NCBI GenBank assembly: GCA_951406725.2 | Contig: OX597819.1 | Coordinates: 46,996,001 to 47,060,000 of the forward strand | From: Octopus vulgaris | Taxonomy: Eukaryota | DNA length: 64,000 bases | Direction of reading: 5' to 3' | Shown here: piece by piece, positions 14,488 to 27,770 of the stretch | Layout of the letters: every line of letters starts with the position of its first letter | How positions within the stretch are numbered: position 1 is the stretch's first letter | Notes under the pieces: model-generated | The model's input: the letters and a program-made list of their open reading frames with translations, nothing else | Told to the model about the DNA's origin: nothing | The model's database searches: none | Made by a program: the position numbers and the translations under genes

Positions 14488-14764
14488 TTGTTCCTTCTCG
14501 AGCCACGCCTGGCTCATAAGGGACGGTTTCCCGGTTTCCTTGGCGTATAGGTTCCCCACCTAGGTCCGTCGCAGGTGAGCTGCAAGATGCAGGAGGAAAG
14601 CGTGAGAGAAAGTTGTGGCGAAAGAGTTAGTAGAGGTTCGCCATTACCTTCTGCCGGTGCTGCGTGGAGCTTAGGTGTTTCGCGTTTCGCCCGGTCTGAA
14701 ATTTGAACCCGCGATCCTTCGACCGCGAGTCCCGCTGCTCTAACCACTAGGCCATGTGCCTCCA
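14488..14764 (-). mobile_element. tRNA-derived SINE, family C
   Basis: Head GGAGGCACATGGCCTAGTGGTTAGAGC...GGTTCAAAT; body shared with the copy at 29226-29527. Confidence 0.88.
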
Positions 14765-15029
14765 CGTATAAGGAATAGAGTAGATAAAATCCAGGTTACA
14801 TATATTATCTAGCTAGCAGAACCTCAGAAGTAGTAATTATCCAAAGGAGGGGTACTCCGCTAGCTTCACATCGGGCCAAAGATAACTTAGTCTAAGGTAT
14901 CTTTTTATCTACTCCATTCCCTAAATTTAGATTTTTATTCGCTTACACAGCAACCCCAGTTGCTGACCGTGATCTATAAAATAACTTTTATCAGATTATC
15001 GAACTTCGATATTGGAAAAATTTACAACA

Positions 15030-15367
15030 GGCCTAGGAGTGACTGTGTGGTAAGTAGCTTGCTTACCAACCACATGATTCCGGGTTCAGTCCCACTGCGT
15101 GGCGCCTTGGGCAAGTGTCTTCTACTATAGCTTCGGGCCGATTAAAGCCTTGTGAGTGGATTTGGTAGACGGAAACTGAAAGAAGCCCGAAGTATATATG
15201 TGTATATATATCTCCTTGTTTTTTTATGTGTATCTTTCTGTCGAAGAGCGTAGACTCGAAACGTAAAAGACTTTTTCTATTTCTATTCCTGAGCGCTATA
15301 CTAATACATTTGTTTGTTTGTACTCCACCTGCCTTCGTCTTTTGTTTATTTTCATAAACCTTCCCGT

Positions 15368-15450
<83 letters not shown>

Positions 15451-15720
15451 ATTTATGTATGTATGTATGTATGTATGTATGTATGTATGTATGTGTGTAT
15501 GTTTGTGTGTCTGTGTTTTCCCCCCAACATCGCTTGACAACCGATGCTGGTGTGTTTACATCCCCGTAACTTAGCGGTTCGGCAAAAGAGCCCGATAAAA
15601 TAAGTAATAGGCTTACAAAGGATAAGTCCTTGGGTCGATTTGCTCGACTAAAGGCTTTGATCCAGCATGGCCACAGTCAAATGACTGAAACAAGTAAAAG
15701 AATAACAGAATAAAAGAATA
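15030..15720 (+). mobile_element. Family A SINE with a Penelope-like fragment (about 15212-15368) inserted in its central (TA)n
   Basis: Full head and tail present; an extra non-SINE segment lies between the halves. Confidence 0.9.
15233..15270 (+). ncRNA. Minimal type I hammerhead-ribozyme-like motif (variant core)
   Basis: TCTTT-CTGTCGA-A-GAG-cgtaga-CTC-GAAA-CG-TA-AAAGA: stem I TCTTT/AAAGA, stem II, GAAA, very short palindromic stem III and an UH site. The core has U at conserved position A6. Confidence 0.6.
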
Positions 15721-16681
15721 ACCTCCTACATCAATGAACCACTATTGTTCCTGAAAGTTGTTTTTTTTTTCTACCTTCTACTGACTGTTCGAAGCTTACT
15801 AACTTCCTACACCTTGATCCTTGGATTTAACTTTTCCATATGTATGTGTGTGTGTGTGTGCCTGTGGATATGCGCGCGCGCGTATTTGTGTGTGTGTGTG
15901 TACAGGAACACCAATTCTCTGCTCCACGATCAAAAATTACATTTAGTATGATATTAGCAGAAGTCTATCTAAATTATTTATCGAACAGAGAAATATTCAG
16001 CAATTCATCTTCTCATTATCATAGTGCTGCGGCCAGCAGTGGTTTCAACACCAAGGTCAAATAGACGGAGCAATGTACTTTAAGTAAAAACAGAAAAGTT
16101 ATCTAGTTTAATCTACCTTACATTTTGACTGTCTATACACGTAGGTAGGACCTTTTTCATACTAGTGAGGACACACATCAATTCGTTTAACAGAAATATT
16201 ATTAAAGGTCTTCAACGTTTCGGACAGAATATTTCTTCAGGGTTGCGATAGCAGGAGGAAAAGGCAAGTCAAAAGATTTTTATGTCCTCCTTTATCGATT
16301 AGAAATTCGAATATACATGGACTAAGAAGCTGGTATTTTCAAATACAAGTTGCATAGATACTATTTTGTCTCTTTCGCCATCATAAATTACCATGCATCG
16401 TCCACGACGCTAGCTGAGAAATGGTTACTATGGCTTTCTTAGGATAGTACCCGGTGGTGTGTTGTCTGACACACGGGGTATTTGACAGCAACCCTAGTCG
16501 GGCAATATACTGAGCTATTAATTGGTCCGTTGGGAAGTTGTATGCACCGACGGTAATATGTTATTCCCAAAATGTGATGCTTTAAAATACACGTATTATG
16601 CGGTATGGTTGACACTACAACGTGGAAGGCACACTCAGATTTTGAAGATTTTTGGTAATTCAAGGAAAAAATAGATTTATA

Positions 16682-17138
16682 GGCGTAGGAGTGGCTGTGT
16701 GATAAGTAGCTTGCTTACGAACCATATGGTTCCGGGGTCAGTCCTACTGCGTGGCACCTAGGGCATGTGTCTTCTACTATAGCCTCGGGCCGACCAAAGC
16801 CTTGTAAGTGGATTTGGTAGACGAAAACTGAAAGCTAGTCGTATATATGTATATGTGTGTGTGTATGTGTGTCTGTCTATCTGTCTGTGTGTGTGTGTGT
16901 TTGTGTGTCTGTGTGTGTGTGTGTTTTAGTGTCTGTGTTTGTCCCCCAACATCGCTTGAGAACCGATGCTGGTATGTTTACGTCCCCGTAACTTAACGGT
17001 TCGGCAAAAGAGCCCGATAGAATAAGTACTAGGCTTACAAAGAATAAGTCCTTGGATCGATTTGCTCGAGTAAAGGCAGTACTCCAGCATGGCCACAATC
17101 AAACGACTGAAACAAGTAAAAGAGAGTAAAAGAGAGTA
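16682..17138 (+). mobile_element. Family A SINE
   Basis: Full head to tail. Confidence 0.93.
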
Positions 17139-17393
17139 ATTACTAAAGCCTCGTCAACAAGATCGTACAGTGCCCAGAGGGCACACGTTAGATACCTGTT
17201 ATCAGACAGAACTGATGGGCAAACAGTGGAGTGCTCAGGACTATTACAGGGTGGAATCGGCAGACAACGGCCTCCTACATGGTAATTTGCTGTTGGGCAT
17301 CATTATAGTACATAACTTAATGCTATTCACTATAACTATCCTGCAGTTATTTATGCGACACTGTCTATGGAGATCGTACCACATACCGCCACC

Positions 17394-17809
17394 TATTTCT
17401 TTACTACCCACAAGGGGCTAAACACAGAGAGGACAAACAAGGACAGACAAACGGATTAAGTCGATTATATCGACCCAAGTGCGTAACTGGTACTTATTTA
17501 ATCGGCCCCGAAAGGATGAAAGGCAAAGTCGACCTCGGCGGAATTTGAACTCAGAACGTAATGACAGACGAAATACCTATTTCTATTTCTTTATTTACCA
17601 CAAGGGGCTAAACATAGAGTGGACAACCAAGGACAGACAAAGGGATTAAGTCGATTACATCGACCCCAGTGCGTAACTGGTACTCAAGTTATCGACCCCG
17701 AAAGGATGAAAGGCAAAGTCGACCTCGGCGGAATTTGAACTCAGAACGTAACGACAGACGAAATACGGCTACGCATTTCGCCTGGCATACTAACGATTCT
17801 GCCTGCTCC
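17394..17809 (-). mobile_element. Dimeric family B SINE
   Basis: Two units; 15-bp TSD CCACATACCGCCACC at 17379-17393 and 17810-17824. Confidence 0.93.
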
Positions 17810-18596
17810 CCACATACCGCCACCGCTGACCACCTACCAGCTACAGCTGCCCGACTAAGGTTGCTGTCAAATACCTCGTGTGTCAGACAACACATCGCCG
17901 GGCACTACCCTAATAAAGCCATTACAACCATTTCTCAGCTAGCGTCGTGGACGATGCATGGTAATTTTCGAAGTATTTTTATTTTTACAAAAAAAATGCG
18001 CCTTCCATTACTGCAAAATACAGTAAACAACAATAAAACCACAATTCTATCGGCAAACCGATATTACAACCACCAACACGCTTCTTTATTACTACCACCG
18101 CTACTTCCGACACCATCGCAATCCTCTAGATGTCGCCACTGTTATGTTTATTAATTTTCTGGTTGTTGTTTTGTTTTTTTTCGTCTTTGTCTTCTTTTCC
18201 CCTCCTTTTAATTCAAATTTCGAAGTTTCATGCGGTTTTGACGATCCAGCATACTGCTTTCTTTAGAATTGAATATTTAACATTTTTATTATTATTTTCA
18301 TTAATATTGTAGTTTTTTTTTATTATTGTTTCCATTTTTTTTCGTATTTTTTTCTTTTTTACTTTCTTTTTTTTTTTGAAAAAATTTCTTCCCATTTTGA
18401 TCCTGGCCGAGCGGCTTGTTGGAGAAAATTGTCTTTGACAATTCATGGATGTGCAATGTTCCTTTCAGATTTCTTTGTTTCCAATATCCTGTTGTGACGG
18501 AATTTCATTAGGCAAGAAGTTACGTTGTATGATGGCAGCTTCGTGTAGTGTAGAATGAGTGGTAGTGTGAGGTAAAGTACAGAGGTGGGGGATAAA

Positions 18597-18643
<47 letters not shown>

Positions 18644-18799
18644 GGTAATAAAATTGTGAGAAATATGCGGATGTTAAGTCGATGAGTAGATCAACCTCTT
18701 CAACTACCTGCATCACCTACGCCCCCTTTTTTCTCTCTGAAGTAATATTTAGATGTTCTGAAGTATGCTTTTATTTTCAATTTTTATTTCCTTTATCTT

Positions 18800-19000
18800 T
18801 TATCTCTCGCTTGTTTCAGTCATTGGACTGCGACCATGCTGGAGCAACGCCTTTTTGTGTTTTAGTCGAACAAATCGCACCCAGTACTTATGTTTTATTT
18901 ATTTATTTTTTTAAAGTATGATACTTATTCTATCGATCTCTTAGGCCGAACCACTAATTGCAGTGACGTAAACAAACCAACACCGGTTGTCAAGCAGGAA
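18800..19000 (-). mobile_element. Family A SINE 3' half, decayed
   Basis: CTTGTTTCAGTCATTGGACTGCGACCATGCTGGAGC tail. Confidence 0.85.
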
Positions 19001-19139
19001 GGGGGGAAGCAAATATACAAAGGCACGCATGCACGCACACACACACAACAGACGCGTGTATGCATATGTATGTATGCATATCAAAACATATATGTGTATG
19101 TGTATGCACTTTATTAATAAAGCTGCAAAAACATCACAA

Positions 19140-19611
19140 AAACAGTGTGTCGTTAGCCAGTTGGAAGAGATGTCCACCTGGTGCCACAAAAAAAACAGTA
19201 GCATCGTCCTCTATGGGGCCGCCACAATTAGTTGGCTATTATATTTTACGATTCCGTACTGCTACTGTTTACTTCTCGCTCAGATATTTAATATTGCTTA
19301 TTCCTCCTTTTTCAAGATCAGCAACAGTTTGTCACTGGAAAAAGCATTTAGTATTTTGCGTGTGGAATGAGTTTTCTTCACTAGCTCGTAATTATCACAC
19401 ACTGATGACGGGTTACTATCCAGAAACCCCGGTCTGTTTGCATCACCTAAGGCTAGAGGTGGGAACGATGATTTCGTCTCGCAAATACTAAACGGACACA
19501 AACAGTGTGTCGTTGGCCAGCTGGAGGAGATGTCTTCCTGGGGCTAAAGAACAACAGTAGCATCGTGTTCTATGGGACCGCAACATTTAGTTGGCAATTA
19601 TATTTTACGAT
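19140..19611. repeat. Diverged direct repeat of about 110 bp (19140-19251 and 19500-19611)
   Basis: AACAGTGTGTCGTT.GCCAG.TGGA.GAGATGTC...TATTTTACGAT occurs twice, 360 bp apart. Confidence 0.85.
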
Positions 19612-20032
19612 ACATAGAGCTATATATTTTAATTTAATTTTCAGCCATGTAACGGCACACACAGCACATGTGTTTTTTTCAGGATATTCTCCTTCTTTCT
19701 AAACTTTTTCTTGTTTCCTCTTTCTGACAAAGAACTATGCTCGAAACGTTGTCACCCAACCTCTCATTTTTTTCCATCCTGAACTTTATCTGAGCATCAA
19801 TCTGTGAACGCCCTTTTGACTTACGTTATTTTTCCTGTTTTTCATTTTTTTTTATTTTCTATATATAGGCGTAGGAGTTGCTGTGTGGTAAGTAGCTTGC
19901 TCACCAACCACATGGTACCGGGTTCAGTCCCACTGCGTGGCACCTTGGGCAAGGTGGATAATTGCTTGGATAATCTCAAACGACCATATTTTTCCACTCA
20001 TGTTAAATATGTGATCCTCTACGGTATATGTA

Positions 20033-20596
20033 TTGGGTTGTCCAGAAAGTTCGTGCCGATTTATAGTAGCTTACCTTTCGATTATTTTAGAACATGGTTG
20101 AGTCCATAAAATAGGATTTGACTACACCTCCATTTAGAGCACAGTTTAAGCTATCTTTTCGAGGAAGAAGGTTTATGTTCCTATAACCTGTGTTAATTTT
20201 GTAACCCTTTAAAAGGGAAGATAAGAAAGTTCATTTTCGGCACTTGATGCTTTGGGAACCAGACAAAAATTGCTGCAGCTCGGCTGGGATGTGTTACCCT
20301 ACCCTCCATATTCACCAGATATTGCTCCTTCGGATTTCCACTTATTCGGGTCTCTTCGGAATAGTCTTAATGGTAAAAATTTCAATTCCTTTGATGACCT
20401 AAAAGATACCTTGATGAATTATTTGCCATGAAACCACCTCGATTCTGGGAAGAGGATATTTTCAAGCTAAAGGAAAGACGGAGACGCATTGTGCAACAAA
20501 ATGGTTCACATTTGGTTGATTAAAAATGTAATGGCAAGTATTTATTGACCTTTTCCTTTCCTTTAAAAATCGGCATCAACTTTCCGGACAACCCAA
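20033..20596 (+). mobile_element. Internally deleted mariner transposon
   Basis: TIRs TTGGGTTGTCC.GAAAGTT..TGCCGATTT, TA TSD; encodes WDVLPYPPYSPDIAPSDFHLF...RIVQQNGSHLVD (mariner YSPDLAP motif). Confidence 0.93.
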
Positions 20597-20685
20597 TATT
20601 TAGTGGGCAGAACACTCAACTCAAGAATATTTTCTATCTTCCATAACTAGTTCTGGAACTTTTTGATACCACCTCGTATACTCCT

Positions 20686-20739
<54 letters not shown>

Positions 20740-21380
20740 CATCTCCAGTATGTTCTTCAGCGCCAAAGGTTTGAAGACCAAGACCGTATCCATGTCTGCC
20801 TGCAATTACTTAGGTGCCTAAACGACGTTACAAACGCGTACTCGTTTGGAAGTGACGGCTATGGTTTACCAGAGTGAGAGATTCCTTTACATTTTTCATA
20901 GTTTTGTTTTGTATTATATATTTCTTATTTATTTCATACGTTCCTGATGGTTAAAGGCTAAAACGGATTCGGCACTGTTTTCAGTTCGTGATTTAATTCC
21001 CATGGTCTTTCTGTGTAGTAGGTTCTTTTTGTTTTTGTTTTTTTTTTTACTTTCTTGTGTCTTTGTGTATTTGTTTTTTTGTTTGGCTTCTTTTTTTCAC
21101 GTTTTTGTTTTGCTTTTCTTATCTACTTTGCATGCAAACTCACGAAGGTTCGATCGATTGACGTGTCCAACCAATAACTGAGTACCGGATCTTTCCCGTT
21201 CGATTGACTGATAACTTTTCACTGTTGTTTCGGTTCTTTTTGTTGCTGTTTCTATCGTTATTGTTCTTTCGGTTGTTGTTGTTGTTGTTGTTGTTGTTTT
21301 TGTTGTTGTTGTTCTTGTTCTTGTTTTTGTTATTGCTGCTGCTGTTAATCGATGACAATGATGATGATGATGATGACGAC

Positions 21381-21414
<34 letters not shown>

Positions 21415-21422
21415 ACGACGAC

Positions 21423-21457
<35 letters not shown>

Positions 21458-21645
21458 GCAACGGGAATCATGACGATGAGGGAAACGGGAGAAGAAGAAT
21501 AAGATCGTAACTGCTGCTGGTTGTGGTAGTGGTGGTGGGGGAGGGGGAGGTTAAATATGTGACAAGTAGAAATAATTTGATACGAGTGCTACTTATGTTA
21601 CCGCTATTGTTTCTACTGCCGCCGCTGATGATGATGATGATGATA

Positions 21646-21698
<53 letters not shown>

Positions 21699-21946
21699 CT
21701 CCTTGTTATTACCTTTGCTGCTGTTGGTACAGGATTCTGCTTATCAATAAATATATGAAGCAAAAGAAATTATTTCCTTTTGTTCAATAAGTCACTGTGA
21801 TATTATTATTATTAATATTATTATAGTCGCTGTATATACTAAAAATTTGTTTTAAAGAAAATGTACTTTAGGAATTCTTTTTCTCCTGTCAGAAATGGAG
21901 TAGATTGGTAGGGTTGCCTTATGTAGATTATCGTGGCATGACTTGG

Positions 21947-21986
<40 letters not shown>

Positions 21987-22153
21987 TCATCTAGAGACTT
22001 ATTAAGGTGAAATCATAAATCCAATTATAATTAAGGGGATACAAAAAATTTTTTCTCCTTGCCTATTATGCTGGTTCGACGGTTTAGTGTCTCTTTTCAG
22101 TATATAGGCAAAGAAAAAAGTTTGTTTTTTTTCAATACCCTTAATCCTAATTG

Positions 22154-22420
<267 letters not shown>

Positions 22421-22560
22421 GGCAATAAAGTGAATCAAGGGCCGATAATTTCGTGCATTGGAACTTATCAAATTAGTTTGATACGTGCCAACGTACGATT
22501 CTCTCGGTCCCTGAGTCATACTGTTTCTTCTGTTAAATATAAATAGAAACAAATATTAAT

Positions 22561-22785
22561 TTGGGATTCAAGAGCCCACAGTTATTTTGATACCTTGCCA
22601 AAACATCTGAGAGATCTTCATGGAGTAGGTAGTAGATGTCTTCAATAAATAACTTGGTCTGCTGTCCAAGGACCCTGATGAACCTGTATCATGGCAAGAA
22701 ACTCAAAAGATGACAGCAGTGTCGAACTCACTCCCTCACCAAAATCCAATTGAATAAGAATGGCCACAGCCTGAACAGAAATTTC
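22561..22785 (+). mobile_element. 3' end of a CR1/L2-group-like LINE
   Basis: Frameshifted translation LGFKSPQLF.TLPKHLRDLHGV..DVF...PDEP....SNSLPHQ resembles the ORF2 C-terminus (GPxLFNxLP...PDEP). Confidence 0.7.
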
Positions 22786-22836
22786 TAACCACTTTTCAAG
22801 ATAAACATACATACAACTCTATTAATTTTGCAAAAT

Positions 22837-22924
22837 GTTACTCAGAGTTCCACGTGACGGTTTATCAGGCAGTTGTGATAAAACACAACTGTCTGACGAA
22901 TGGTGACGGAAAACTCTGAGTAGC
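22837..22924. repeat. Short foldback with a CTGACGA core
   Basis: TACTCAGAGTT...CAGGCAGTTGTG-ataaaa-CACAACTGTCTG...AACTCTGAGTA. Confidence 0.75.
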
Positions 22925-23078
22925 GGCTTGTGAATTTTTTTCGGCTTTCATAAAATGGCATTTTGCTCTACATTTTGGTATTCAAATGCTATTTTATCGA
23001 CCTTGATTTGTACCTACGTGTGTGAGATGATATTTCCAATCATCCGCCATGCTTTTTTTCTGTTTATGTTCTCTTACT

Positions 23079-23116
23079 CCTTTCTCTCGAAGAGCGTAAG
23101 CTCGAAACGTAAAAGA
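23079..23116 (+). ncRNA. Decayed hammerhead-like motif in a Penelope-like fragment (to about 23196)
   Basis: CTTT-CTCTCGA-A-GAGC-gtaa-GCTC-GAAA-CG-TA-AAAG; same family as 15233. Confidence 0.5.
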
Positions 23117-23247
23117 CTTTCCATTTTTCCCGAGCGTCAAACTAGCTTGTTGTTCCTACGCTTCTCTTCGTCTTCGTTTTTCTATAAATTTGAACTATAT
23201 ATGTGTGTGTATATATATGTATGAACGTTCGTATATATGTGTATATA

Positions 23248-23313
<66 letters not shown>

Positions 23314-23457
23314 GAGAGAGAGAGAGAACAAACTTACAGACACAAAGACAGAGAGAGAGAGGTAAAGAAAGAGAGAGCAGAAAAGATGGTAAAGAAAGAT
23401 AGAAATAGATACATACATACATATAAAGATACATATATATATATATGTGTGTGTGTG

Positions 23458-23501
<44 letters not shown>

Positions 23502-23705
23502 GCACACATGCATATATATACATACATACATATGTGTGTGCGTGTGTGTGTTTTTCCCTTGTTTACAATTAACACGGAAAAAATAGATAAATAGTTACCA
23601 GAGTAGCAAAAAATCACACAAGTAAAAAGGGCGTAACACCTTGTTTTTAAAGATAAAAACTCCGAGTTTACGTGAAATATTTTGTATAATATGTATAAAT
23701 AAATA

Positions 23706-24530
<825 letters not shown>

Positions 24531-24643
24531 CATATATATATACAATAATTAAGGTGGCTAGATGCAATTTAAAACCAAAAAGTAAATAATCCACCGTCAC
24601 TAAAAGTGACCAAGGGTGCAGCGAGCACCAGCATTGCTAGAAA

Positions 24644-24723
<80 letters not shown>

Positions 24724-25603
24724 TGAGAGAGTTGGTGTGTGAAAGCACGTGGTTGAATGTATAAAAAAAAGAAAGAAATTTGAGAAATTTGAAAAGAAAA
24801 TACGAAGCCGGTTATTTCTCCAAAAACTATGTTGCTATACACAAAATTTTATAGCATTTTTCTAACATAACGACTTAAACATATTCTTTAACCTTATAAC
24901 ACAAGCCTTCTGTAGTTTTTTCACTCTTTTAATTTATACATATACATAAATATATAAAGAGAGAGAGAGAGATTATTCACACACGACTGTCTTCTATCAA
25001 GCAGGCTTTCTATTTACAGCGGTTATCTCAAGGCTCTGGTGTAAAAGACTTTCACAACGTGAGATAGAATCCAGAGCCACGTAGTTCCAAAGCGTTCTCC
25101 TTAATCATATCTTCTCAATTTTTCATACTCCATGCTGCTTTGAACATAGGACATCACGGAACGTTACAAAGCCCCACAAGTTATTTCCAGTATTTGTTAG
25201 TTTTTTTTTTTGCATTTATTCTGCCTTATATACACTATTTTACAAAGCATGATGCCTGCACTATGTAATTCACTGATATTTTATTTGTTCACTTATTTAT
25301 TCATTTATCTATTTACTCCTCAACCCATCCATTCCGCTCTAACCACTCATTATATATAAGTATAAATTCGTATATCTTAGTGAATTTCCTTTGCTTATTT
25401 TTTGTCATAATTTTCTATTCCTTATCATTGAATGCTATTTGTATTATGTTTTCGTATAATTTATTCCTTTATTCAACCAATTCCTCTGTTCCACTTCTCT
25501 TTTCTTTTTTAATTTTATTCTTTTCTACATATACATGCGTATGTATGTAATATATATACACGCACGTGGAAGACTGTGGCGTGTGTATGCCTATACATAT
25601 ACA

Positions 25604-25652
<49 letters not shown>

Positions 25653-25700
25653 AATATATGCATATATATATATGTGTGTGCATACATATGTACATACATA

Positions 25701-25748
<48 letters not shown>

Positions 25749-27487
25749 CAATTATCTAGTTAACGCTACAAAAGCATCTGTTTATCAAATCTATATTCGT
25801 TAAGCACCATTGAGTGTAAATCTTGCTATAGGATATAATGGCGGCGGGCGGCGAGGGGTAGTGGTGATGGTAGTGGTGGTGATGATAGCTGTGGTGGTTT
25901 TGGTGGTGGTATTTCAGCGACCGTTGTAATCACCAAGACACTCAAGATGCTTGTTTCAAGGCAATAGTTACCTTTATTAAACACCTTAAAACAACGATTC
26001 TTGAGAAACAAAGATGGCGCCACAAACGTTAAACATGCATGTTGATAGAAAAGTGTGTGAATTTAGTAGTCGACATGATGTGGATTAAATATCTCAAGAA
26101 ATATTTTAAGTGGAAAAGGAGAAGAGAGTCCTCAAAATGGCGGAACTGTTCTAAATTCCACTTCTTCCATTTTTTCCTTCTTTTACTTCGTTCTTCTCAC
26201 TGCTTTTTATCCACTATTGACCATGGTCATTGTCATGGTGATAGTGAGTGTATGTATTGATGTCTTTGTATGTATAGATATGTGCGTGTGTGTATATGTG
26301 TGTTTGTATGCATGTGTATATATATGCATGCATGCACATAAATAGATGTTCATAAATACTTATGCATACATTATAGCTACGCCTATATATTTATACATGG
26401 GCATACATATATACATATATAGAGAGAGATATAGATAGATGTGTAAATACATGCACATATGTATGTATATTCACACATACATATTTATATAACCATATAT
26501 ATATGCGTAGATAAGCATATGTATACACAAGCAGATATGTATGCATATATAAGGAAATATATATACATAGATATATGTGTGTGTGTAATAATTTGTGTAT
26601 ATATATGCATAAATAACCACATATATAGACATAAGTGCGCAAAACCATATATATATGTATGTATATATATACATATGCATATGTATGTATATATATGTGT
26701 GTGTGTGTGTGTAATGCGAGAGAGAGAGAAAGAAAGAGAGTGACATAACATTTTTAGAGACAATTTTTTATACAATCATAGTATTTGAAGAAAGATTTTC
26801 TAAAATTAAAATCTTTTAAACAAATGAAAATAATCTTCGCAAAAAAAACCTTAGAACATCACAAATCTTTTGGAAAGAAACGTTCTTAATGTGTAAGCGC
26901 TTTCGTTGTTTGCAGCTTTTGAGACACAAGTGCCATGAGATAATTTGTACATAGGAAGCTCTCTTTAAAAGCAGTGTTGTCTATTTCAGGTTTAGTTTCG
27001 GATTTTAAATTATTATAAAGTATTAATCTTTTGCCTTTCGCTGTTGATCATTTCTTTATTTTGAAAATAATGAACAGTTTAAATTTTCTTTTTATACGAA
27101 TGTCCGGATTTCTCTGCGTGGAATATTTCTATTCTATGAATATTTCCTTGTAGTCACTCATAATCTTAGAAACCAAAACATCTTACGTTTGGCCCATCGA
27201 TATCTTGCAATCCTACTCCAATTATCAAATCTCAGATAATTAAGTAACGAATCACAAATTATCAACAGCCGAAGACAACCACCACAATTGTAAGAGACTC
27301 GAAACAGTAGCGAAATTCACATTAGAAGAAGAAATAGCCTTGGTAAGAAAATGTGTAGACCTTCATGGCAAGACCTGTGAAATAGTGAACAGCGCAAAAC
27401 AAAAAAGAAAATGAAGAATAGGACGGAACTCAAGGTTAATGCAAATATGAATTGTAAAACAAAAATCTCATTTACAGCATCGCATAC

Positions 27488-27770
27488 CCACAATGCAATG
27501 AGAATTATATCGGGTCAAACAGAATCAAAATCAATACATCGGGTTAGGATACACAAACAACAAATCAAAGATTCCTCTCTTAAAAATGTTCAGTATTTTA
27601 AATCATTTCCTAATTTTCTTTTATATCACATGCCTACAATGCAATGAGAATTATATAGGGCCAAACAGGATCAAAGTTAATACATCTGGTTAGGGTACAC
27701 AAGCAACAAATCAAAGATTCCTCTCTTAAAAAATGCTCAGTATTTCAAATCATTTCCTATTTTTCTTTTC
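27488..27770. repeat. Tandem duplication, period about 146 bp
   Basis: ACAATGCAATGAGAATTATAT...CAAATCAAAGATTCCTCTCTTAAAAA occurs twice. Confidence 0.9.

Larger units (their letters stand above)
16391..17961. mobile_element. Non-autonomous DNA transposon with about 115-bp TIRs, carrying two nested SINE insertions
   Basis: 16391-16504 is the imperfect reverse complement of 17849-17961 (CCATGCATCGTCCACGACGCTAGCTGAGAAATGGTT...); TA on both sides. Confidence 0.8.

Noticed and set aside
26011-26143. YY1-like AAGATGGCG / AAAATGGCG motifs (also at 56877)
   Set aside because: Short motifs with no CpG island or downstream ORF; insufficient for a promoter call.
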